Positions 1-6,561 of a stretch of DNA of 39,537 bases are shown piece after piece (position 1 is the stretch's first letter; each line of letters opens with the position of its first letter). The position numbers and the translations under genes were made by a program. The DNA is from an uncultured Lachnospiraceae bacterium. GTDB lineage: Bacteria > Bacillota > Clostridia > Christensenellales > UBA1242. The notes beneath the pieces are model-generated. The model had not been told where the DNA came from and did no database searches. It worked only from the letters and a program-made list of their open reading frames with translations. The stretch lies in contig CAZFPH010000001.1 of the NCBI GenBank assembly GCA_964520955.1, forward strand, positions 1 through 39,537. The letters run 5' to 3'.

Positions 1-258
1 TGTATATGACAAAAATATTTTAACGAGGTGCTTGTATTTTCTCCAAATAATATCACAAAACGATACTTGTTGGAGAAAATATTGAAAATAGAGCAAGATT
101 TATTCGTGTGCTTAAAAAAAACTTGTTAAAGATATGACTGATGATGAGTTTGACGATATGCTACAAAAACTTATGGAAGAACGCCGAGAAAGAAAACGTA
201 AAAAACAAAGTGATATGGAGATGTAATGGCACACAAAGTTGATATTATAGAATTTATA

Positions 259-267
259 TGCTATAAT
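259..267 (+). promoter_or_regulatory. extended -10 promoter element (TGcTATAAT) for the 86-aa ORF
   Basis: TGCTATAAT read at 259-267, shortly upstream of the AGGAGA RBS at 281-286. Confidence 0.4.
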
Positions 268-290
268 TTGTTATACATTAAGGAGAAATT

Positions 291-551
291 ATGAATTATA
301 GTTGGGATAAATCAAGATTGCAAGAATTAAAGAACAAAGTAGAAAATAATGAGTTGGATTATTTTTATACCACATATAAGAATGCGAAATTAAGAAAAGG
401 ACGTTCAATGATAGATGAATGTGAAAATGAAATTATTTCTTCTACTGGATTAAAACAACCAAACCACGGAAGTTACAGAGAAAGGTTTAAAGCAGAATTA
501 AATCAAATTATTGGATATTGGTTATCAATGATAGAAGATACTCAAAAATAA
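291..551 (+). CDS. hypothetical small protein (86 aa), no recognisable family
   Basis: ORF with AGGAGA RBS at 281-286, followed by a strong terminator at 607-643; no motif recognised. Confidence 0.6.
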   Translation: MNYSWDKSRLQELKNKVENNELDYFYTTYKNAKLRKGRSMIDECENEIISSTGLKQPNHGSYRERFKAELNQIIGYWLSMIEDTQK

Positions 552-553
552 TT

Positions 554-687
554 TGACACCTACTGACACCTACGGGAGCAGTTTTTGATAGTTTTAGAAA
601 GAATTAGGCAGGTAGTCCGATTTTGGACTATCTGCCTTTTTTTGTGCAATTTTTTTGACACCTACGACACCCTAATTTGACACCTAA
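554..687. repeat. cluster of five direct copies of a (T)GACACCTA(C/A) motif flanking a terminator
   Basis: TGACACCTAC at 554-563, 564-573 (tandem) and 656-665; GACACCCTAA at 666-675; TGACACCTAA at 678-687. All are in the same orientation. Confidence 0.8.
607..643 (+). terminator. rho-independent terminator of the 86-aa ORF
   Basis: GGCAGGTAGTCC-gatttt-GGACTATCTGCC stem (one G.U pair) followed by TTTTTTT. Confidence 0.8.
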
Positions 688-721
688 TGTTTTTTGAGTG
701 AAAAATCAGTAAGAATTTTGG

Positions 722-771
722 AAAATAAAAAACCTTTGAAAGAGCCTATTTATAAGGGTTTTTCAAGGGTT
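722..771 (-). terminator. terminator downstream of tRNA-Thr
   Basis: On the minus strand AACCCUUGAAA ... UUUCAAAGGUU (11 bp, one mismatch) is followed by UUUUUUAUUUU. Confidence 0.55.
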
Positions 772-778
772 TGATTTG

Positions 779-853
779 TGGAGCTAATGGCGGGGATCGA
801 ACCCGCGACCGCCACCTTACCAAGGTGGTGCTCTACCACTGAGCCACATTAGC
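779..853 (-). tRNA. tRNA-Thr (anticodon GGU), CCA encoded
   Basis: The reverse complement reads GCTAATGTGGCTCAGTGGTAGAGCACCACCTTGGTAAGGTGGCGGTCGCGGGTTCGATCCCCGCCATTAGCTCCA. Acceptor stem is GCTAATG/CATTAGC. Anticodon stem CCACC/GGTGG carries loop TTGGTAA (anticodon GGT). The T-arm contains GGTTCGATCC. Confidence 0.95.
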
Positions 854-984
854 ATTTTTCAAATTTTTTGTCGTTATTTTACTTTTTTCTTTTTATTTAT
901 ATCAAGAATCACTAAATGATAATCTTTCAAAAAATCAAATATATCATCGAGTACTATTTAATTGATTTTTAAAACAACACAATC

Positions 985-1013
985 ATTATAGTTTGCGATT
1001 ACCATTTTGTCAA
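985..1013 (-). promoter_or_regulatory. consensus sigma-A promoter (TTGACA-17-TATAAT) facing tRNA-Thr
   Basis: Minus strand TTGACA (1008-1013), 17-nt spacer, TATAAT (985-990). It lies about 125 nt upstream of the tRNA 5' end. Confidence 0.55.
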
Positions 1014-1050
1014 TAATATTTACAAATTACACCACTATTTTTATCGTGCA

Positions 1051-1081
1051 ACAAAAAGAACCCATAGGCTTATCCTATAGG
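1051..1081 (-). terminator. terminator of the minus-strand glycopolymer operon
   Basis: Minus strand CCUAUAGG-auaag-CCUAUGGG followed by UUCUUUUUG; the stop codon lies in the stem. Confidence 0.5.
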
Positions 1082-2064
1082 TTTTTATTTGCATCTATTT
1101 TACATTTTTTTATTTTATATTCAACGCCACCCATTTGAGTCTTGTAGGTTTCTGTGCCAATTGCGAGGTCTAGAGTGAAAATCTCTTTTTTGATTAGCTC
1201 TTTGATTGTTTCATTAACCAAAATGACACCTGCACTATACCTTGAAAATCTGTCATCAATAGCAAGTCTTGGAACAATCGCCTCTCCGCTTTTAATAACA
1301 CCTGCCATGTAACACGCAATTTTCTCATCAATATAAAGCACTGCAGAAAAACTATTTTTTAAACTGAAGCAAACTTTTGAAATCGGCTCATCAATCATGT
1401 AAACCATTTTCTTTAAAAAATTCATATTGCTGTATTTTTTTGCTCTACGATTCAAATAAAGACTTTTGAGTTGTTTTGCAAGTTTCTTATCGGTTTGCCC
1501 CATAACAAATTCAAATCTATATGATAAGCCGTCGGTTTTCAATCTATTGTATGCTGTCCTCAAATTTTGTCTTGAATGCTTTGTGAGCGACTGATAATAT
1601 GCATCATAATCGGCAGTGTAATCAATTTTTACACAAGATGTATCATCGTCAAACTCGACATATTCACTAAGTTTGCTGTATGCATTTTTGTTTGCTTTCA
1701 ATTTATTTAAAACAATGGGTTTTTGCTCTAGTTTTGAAATTTCTAAAAGAGCTTCATAAATCTCTTTTCCACTAGCGTTTTCATAAGTTACAAGGTCATA
1801 GAAATCAAGGGTGTATAACGATTCAATAACATCACTTTGAACATTTGCTGAAAAAATCATAACTGGCTTATCACCATTAAAAACAACATAATAAACAACA
1901 CTTGATTTTTTGAGCAATCCTTTAATCTTGTTGGTTATTCCTGAAGTGAAAGTCTTCACAAACTCAAAATCTGCCATGGCATCTAAGTTTTGATTATTCT
2001 CTTCCATGTCAGTCCAAATCGATTTCAGTTCGTCTATCTTGTTATACTTTACTACCTTTAGCAT
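1075..2064 (-). CDS. CelD/BioF2-like (FemAB-fold) GNAT-family acyl/aminoacyl-transferase, putative
   Basis: 329 aa. The C-terminal half (AIVPRLAIDDRFSRYSAGVILVNETIKELIKK...LDLAIGTETYKTQMGG) resembles the CelD/BioF2-like acetyltransferase family seen in polysaccharide loci. It overlaps the upstream gene by 23 nt. Confidence 0.55.
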   Translation of the reverse strand: MLKVVKYNKIDELKSIWTDMEENNQNLDAMADFEFVKTFTSGITNKIKGLLKKSSVVYYVVFNGDKPVMIFSANVQSDVIESLYTLDFYDLVTYENASGKEIYEALLEISKLEQKPIVLNKLKANKNAYSKLSEYVEFDDDTSCVKIDYTADYDAYYQSLTKHSRQNLRTAYNRLKTDGLSYRFEFVMGQTDKKLAKQLKSLYLNRRAKKYSNMNFLKKMVYMIDEPISKVCFSLKNSFSAVLYIDEKIACYMAGVIKSGEAIVPRLAIDDRFSRYSAGVILVNETIKELIKKEIFTLDLAIGTETYKTQMGGVEYKIKKCKIDANKNL

Positions 2065-3181
2065 TTTCTTTTAAAATCTCCTTGCACATTTCAGGTGTGC
2101 TCATAAACTCAACATCTTGAAATTCGGCTTTAATCATTGAAAGCAATCTATCCAAAAGCATCAAACATTTTTCTCTGTTTTCAGTGCTTATGCCACCAAT
2201 ATAATTCACTCTGTGTGAGCAAATGACAGCCGGTTTTTTACATTTGAAAGCAAATTTAATTTGCGAAATAATATCGCTCAATATTGCATCTTCTGATACG
2301 CCATTCATTAAATCTTTTGAAGGCTCAAAAAAACAGTTTCTATAAAAATACCTAATGTTTGAAACTTTGCTTTTTTCTCCAAAACGATGAAGTTTCTTTT
2401 TGTATTTTCCGTTTTTTGCTGGAACGTTCTGGAATAATTTTCCTTGCAAAAATTTCACGCCATTTTCTTCAAGAGTTTTTTCGTCAGAGTTTTTCCAGAC
2501 ATAGCATGGAGCAATAAAAGATTCACTAAATTGACCAAATATTCTTTTAAATTCTCTTGTCGCATCATCTATAATCACATTTGACTTTTCACTAGGCACA
2601 TTTAAACAATCCATACCACAATAAAGCGAGTTTTTCACACCTACAATCTTTAAGTTTAATGCATCTTTTTGAAGCTGGTCACCAGTAGAAATATCGGCAA
2701 TTAACTCTTCGGTGTTTATATGCTCACGAGCATGAAGCTGTGGTAAAAAACAGCCCTTATACTCGCCATCAGCAACTTCTGCCAAAACCTTTTTGCTTGA
2801 ACTAGATAGCTTGTAATATTCATCAAGACCTAAAAGCTTAACACTTTTGTAGCCATCATCTTTCATTGCATCATAGTCTAAGTTTTTTGTTGCAAAATTA
2901 AGTGTGAAACACGCAGGGTTTCCATTTTTATCCTTGTGCTTTAAAACAGCTTTCTTTAACTTTTTGACATCTTCATCAGTTTCAGTGCAATCAAACGCCT
3001 GATAGTTATCTGGCTCAAAATTAGCGTGTTTTGACATAAGTTCATCTAACGCTTTTTTAGAAAAACTTCTTTCTGCCCCCCAATCATCACTTTCAAATAC
3101 AACAATCTGTCTGTTAGTTTTTAAACCCTTGCTATAATAAAACTTCTTAATTATTTTTTTTATTTGGCTTTTTATTTGCAT
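2042..3181 (-). CDS. hypothetical polysaccharide-modifying enzyme, possibly NodB/CE4-like metal-dependent deacetylase fold
   Basis: 379 aa with a GAGG RBS. Motifs FESDDWG, LHAREH (HxxxH) and CSHRVN are reminiscent of the NodB motifs. The assignment is tentative. Confidence 0.45.
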   Translation of the reverse strand: MQIKSQIKKIIKKFYYSKGLKTNRQIVVFESDDWGAERSFSKKALDELMSKHANFEPDNYQAFDCTETDEDVKKLKKAVLKHKDKNGNPACFTLNFATKNLDYDAMKDDGYKSVKLLGLDEYYKLSSSSKKVLAEVADGEYKGCFLPQLHAREHINTEELIADISTGDQLQKDALNLKIVGVKNSLYCGMDCLNVPSEKSNVIIDDATREFKRIFGQFSESFIAPCYVWKNSDEKTLEENGVKFLQGKLFQNVPAKNGKYKKKLHRFGEKSKVSNIRYFYRNCFFEPSKDLMNGVSEDAILSDIISQIKFAFKCKKPAVICSHRVNYIGGISTENREKCLMLLDRLLSMIKAEFQDVEFMSTPEMCKEILKENAKGSKV

Positions 3182-4370
3182 TTTTTATTACCTCAAAAAT
3201 ACGTTCGTTGTTTTTGTTGTCAACAAACTCAAAACATTGTTTAACTCTTTCTCTGTCAGGTTTTGCAAAGTTCTTAACTTTTGATTTTAAAATTTCAATA
3301 ACTTCTTCATCTGTGCCAGCCCATTCACCAAGAATTGTGTCTTTATATGAAAAATAGCCTTCTGCATATTGACCAGACCTATATTTCTGTTCATCAAATT
3401 GATAAAAAATTACTGGTTTGCCAAGATAGGCAAAATCAAATAAAACACTTGAATAATCAGTTATCATACACGCTGATTCATTGATTGCTGTTTGCACGTC
3501 ATACTCTGCAGTGTTTGCAAAAGTAATTCTATCTGACGATGAATTGAATGACCCGAGATATTTTTGCATATTTCTATGAGGATAGAAAATTGCTGTTAAG
3601 TCATTCTTTTCTAAAAACTCAATAAACTCCTTGTTGTTTAAAAAGCCGTTCCAATATCTGAAGTATTCAGTTTCTTCAAAAACTTTTGTGCCTTCATATT
3701 TTTCGCACTCAACTTCTCTAGCAATCCAGTTTCTCCAAGTTGGCATAATTAAAACTTGTTTTGGTTTCAAGTTGTCATTTGAAAGGCTATCGTATCTTGA
3801 AAAACCTGCAAGACTAATTTGCTCTGGCTTATAGCCAAAATTTTCAACGATATAGTTATGTTCATCTTTGGTTACGGTGAAAAATCTGTGGTATTTTGAA
3901 TTTTTGTAGTGTAAAAACTCAACAAAGCTCATAGTTACACCATGTTGCAAAAAGTATCTATTCTTTTTGCGGAGTCCTAAGCAAACTTCAAAAACATAAC
4001 ACCACGCAGCATTTGGTTTGCCATTTTTTTGTGATGAAATATTTTTATCAGCAACTAAATACCAAAACCAGTGACTCATTGAACCAAATGAAATCACTTT
4101 TCCAAGGTCTTTAACCTTTGCATAATCTGGTGCCTTTTTGTTGATTGCATAAGCCACCTTAATTTCTGGATGATGCTCTCTTATATACTTAAACAACCAA
4201 TATCCATTATCACGTGCTTCATTTCTGTCTTCACACACAAGCCAAAAGTTGCGAATAAAAATTTTTGCAATCATTGCCGGCACAAAGACAACAGCAAGCA
4301 CAAAAAATGATAAAATATCTTTAAATTTTACAAACTTAAATCTTCCTAAAAGGTAACTTTTTTTCTTCAT
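3147..4370 (-). CDS. CDP-glycerol/ribitol glycerophosphotransferase family protein (TagB/TagF type), membrane anchored
   Basis: 407 aa with an N-terminal hydrophobic helix (ILSFFVLAVVFVPAMIAKIFI). Motifs LQHGV and ITDYSSVLFDFAYLGKPVIFYQFD are typical of the Glyphos_transf family. Confidence 0.85.
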   Translation of the reverse strand: MKKKSYLLGRFKFVKFKDILSFFVLAVVFVPAMIAKIFIRNFWLVCEDRNEARDNGYWLFKYIREHHPEIKVAYAINKKAPDYAKVKDLGKVISFGSMSHWFWYLVADKNISSQKNGKPNAAWCYVFEVCLGLRKKNRYFLQHGVTMSFVEFLHYKNSKYHRFFTVTKDEHNYIVENFGYKPEQISLAGFSRYDSLSNDNLKPKQVLIMPTWRNWIAREVECEKYEGTKVFEETEYFRYWNGFLNNKEFIEFLEKNDLTAIFYPHRNMQKYLGSFNSSSDRITFANTAEYDVQTAINESACMITDYSSVLFDFAYLGKPVIFYQFDEQKYRSGQYAEGYFSYKDTILGEWAGTDEEVIEILKSKVKNFAKPDRERVKQCFEFVDNKNNERIFEVIKNANKKPNKKNN

Positions 4371-4492
4371 AAAAACCTCACTAAAATTATAATAACATAT
4401 TTCTTTAAAGAATAAAATCTAATTTCGACAAATATTCTTTTTTCATTTACTTTAAATAGGTTTTATGTTAACATAAATTCGGAGAAACCATT

Positions 4493-5491
4493 ATGAAAAA
4501 CGATTTAGTGAGCATAATTATCCCAGCATACAAGGCAGAAAAATATATCGAAAGATGTCTTGAAAGCGTCATCAATCAAACCTACACGAATCTTGAAATT
4601 TTGATTATTGATGATGGCAGTCCTGACAAAACCCCTGAAATGCTTGATACTTATGCAAAAAAAGATAAAAGAATAAAAGTTATTCACAAAACAAATGGTG
4701 GTGTTTCTTCTGCTAGAAACGAAGGCATTAAAAAAGCCACAGGCAAATATATTTGTTTTGTTGATATTGATGATGAAGTAAAAACTGATTACGTCAAATG
4801 TATGTACGAAGCAATCACTAAGCATAACACAGACGCTGCAATGTGTTCATTAATTTCTGAACGAAAAAAAGATATCTTTACAATTGAAGGTTCAGAGACC
4901 ACAAAAGTTTTAACCTTTCCTGAAAACCTAGATGATTTTGTTGAAGTTTATTGCAGTGGAGTGTTTATGCCACCATATTGCAAGCTTTACAAAAAAGAAA
5001 TGATTAAAGAAGGCTTCCCTGAAAACACAAACTTTGGCGAAGATGAAATTTTTAACCTCAAATACTTCTGCAATGTTAAAAGTTTGGTTGTTGTTCCTGA
5101 ACCACAATATGTCTACTATTTAAACGACGCATCGCTTAGCCACAAAGACGGAATTTCTTTAATCAATCAAAGAATTAATAATATCCAAACAAGATATTTG
5201 CTACTATCTAAATTATTTGGTGAAAACTCAAAAAACGCAAATTATTTAACCTCTAGGTTCATAATACGTCATATTTTTGGTGTTATTGAAGAAAAAATAA
5301 AATCTAAAACAAAAACAAAAGAGATTGTTAAAATTTTAAAAGAACTAACTAGCAACAAAGAAGTTCAATTTGCATTAAGCATATATCCAGAAATCGACAA
5401 AAAAACTACTCTCATTTGGAAATGTCTTGTTAAAAAACAATTTAGAAAATTGGTACTTTTAAGAAAAATAAAAATGATATTTTCAAAATAA
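4493..5491 (+). CDS. family 2 glycosyltransferase
   Basis: 332 aa; VSIIIPAYKAEKYIERCLESVINQTYTNLEILIIDDGSPD and a VDIDD (DxD) motif; GGAGA RBS. Confidence 0.9.
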   Translation: MKNDLVSIIIPAYKAEKYIERCLESVINQTYTNLEILIIDDGSPDKTPEMLDTYAKKDKRIKVIHKTNGGVSSARNEGIKKATGKYICFVDIDDEVKTDYVKCMYEAITKHNTDAAMCSLISERKKDIFTIEGSETTKVLTFPENLDDFVEVYCSGVFMPPYCKLYKKEMIKEGFPENTNFGEDEIFNLKYFCNVKSLVVVPEPQYVYYLNDASLSHKDGISLINQRINNIQTRYLLLSKLFGENSKNANYLTSRFIIRHIFGVIEEKIKSKTKTKEIVKILKELTSNKEVQFALSIYPEIDKKTTLIWKCLVKKQFRKLVLLRKIKMIFSK

Positions 5492-5499
5492 AGGAAATT

Positions 5500-6447
5500 A
5501 TGAAAAACAAAGAACTAATCAGTGTAATTGTTCCTGTTTACAAAGTTGAACAATACCTAGAAAAATGTGTTAGCACAATAAAAAGTCAGACCTACAACAA
5601 CCTTGAAATCATTTTAGTTGACGACGGCAGTCCTGATGAATGCCCTAAACTTTGCGACGACCTCGCAAAAACAGACAAGAGGATAAAGGTTATTCACAAA
5701 ACAAATGGTGGACTTTCTGACGCAAGAAATGCTGGATTTGAAGCTTCTAAAGGAAACTTTGTTACTTTTATTGATAGCGATGATTACATAAACTCTCACT
5801 TTGTTGAAACACTTTACAAAAATATTGTTGACACAAACGCAGACCTTTCAATAGTTGGTTACAAAGAAGTTGTTGAAAATGAAGAAGTTGACACCACCAA
5901 GGCTGAATCTTCTGAAATTTTATGTTTTGATGCTAAGAACAAATTTGAGCAACTTTTTAAAGAGCATCGATTAAACTTTGTTATTGCATGGGGCAAACTT
6001 TATAAACGCGAAATATTTGATAATTTACGTTTTCCTGTTGGCAAAATCAATGAAGATGAATTTGTGACACATCACGTTATTGATAGATGCCAAAAAATAT
6101 GCTTTGAAAATGTGCCATACTATTATTACTTGCAGAGAGCAAACAGCATCACACACTCTGTTTTCACAGAAAGAAATATGCATATTTTTGAAGCTCTTGA
6201 TGATAGGCTTGCATTTTTTGAAAATATGCCAGAATTTCAAAAAGAAACATTATACTCATATCTTTCATCAATAATTTATAAATACTACCATTTTAAAAAA
6301 GACTTAAGAAAGGAACTTCTCAAAAAATTCAAAATTTTAACTAAAATCTATAAAGACTTTGTAAAGTCTTTCAGCCTAAAAAGAAAAATAAAAATCGCAC
6401 TCTTTAGATACTTCAGAATATTTTATAGATTTTACAGATTCAAATAA
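5500..6447 (+). CDS. family 2 glycosyltransferase (paralog of the preceding gene)
   Basis: 315 aa; ISVIVPVYKVEQYLEKCVSTIKSQTYNNLEIILVDDGSPD and IDSDD. It shares a 23-nt identical stretch with the upstream gene (4679-4701 = 5689-5711). Confidence 0.9.
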   Translation: MKNKELISVIVPVYKVEQYLEKCVSTIKSQTYNNLEIILVDDGSPDECPKLCDDLAKTDKRIKVIHKTNGGLSDARNAGFEASKGNFVTFIDSDDYINSHFVETLYKNIVDTNADLSIVGYKEVVENEEVDTTKAESSEILCFDAKNKFEQLFKEHRLNFVIAWGKLYKREIFDNLRFPVGKINEDEFVTHHVIDRCQKICFENVPYYYYLQRANSITHSVFTERNMHIFEALDDRLAFFENMPEFQKETLYSYLSSIIYKYYHFKKDLRKELLKKFKILTKIYKDFVKSFSLKRKIKIALFRYFRIFYRFYRFK

Positions 6448-6468
6448 AAGACCGAGAGGTCTTTTTTT
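6447..6468 (+). terminator. rho-independent terminator after the GT2 pair
   Basis: AAAGACC-gaga-GGTCTTT followed by TTTTT. Confidence 0.7.
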
Positions 6469-6499
6469 GCCCAAATTTTTATAATTTTTATGTTTTTCC

Positions 6500-6528
6500 T
6501 TCTAATTTATATAGTGTTGTGCTATAAT
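6500..6528 (+). promoter_or_regulatory. extended -10 promoter (TGcTATAAT) for the Wzx::TagF gene
   Basis: TGCTATAAT at 6520-6528 with a weak -35 TTCTAA at 6500-6505 (17-nt spacer). Confidence 0.5.
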
Positions 6529-6561
6529 GAGATAGTAAATTTATGGTAAAAGAAGGACTTT

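Noticed and set aside
35-81. 12-bp inverted repeat TATTTTCTCCAA / TTGGAGAAAATA with a 23-nt loop
   Set aside because: It is a real palindrome but has no T-run and no clear flanking gene. The setting is AT-rich and the window edge prevents interpretation.
134-226. 30-aa ORF (MTDDEFDDMLQKLMEERRERKRKKQSDMEM) at the left edge
   Set aside because: Too short, with no convincing RBS and no recognisable motif. It could be real in a phage-like context, but the sequence alone does not support it.
4401-4440. Palindromes in the divergent glycopolymer promoter region (TTCTTTAAAGAA at 4401-4412; AAAGAATA...TATTCTTT at 4407-4440)
   Set aside because: They are plausible operators, but such A/T palindromes are expected by chance in AT-rich intergenic DNA, and no regulator gene is adjacent.
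4505-4825. Antisense ORFs inside well-supported genes (e.g. 3631-3834, 4505-4825, 5614-5799, 6025-6240, 7368-7835, 9587-9793, 9957-10181)
   Set aside because: They lie opposite or within genes that have clear family motifs. Their translations are low-complexity and Phe/Ile/Cys-rich, and they have no RBS.
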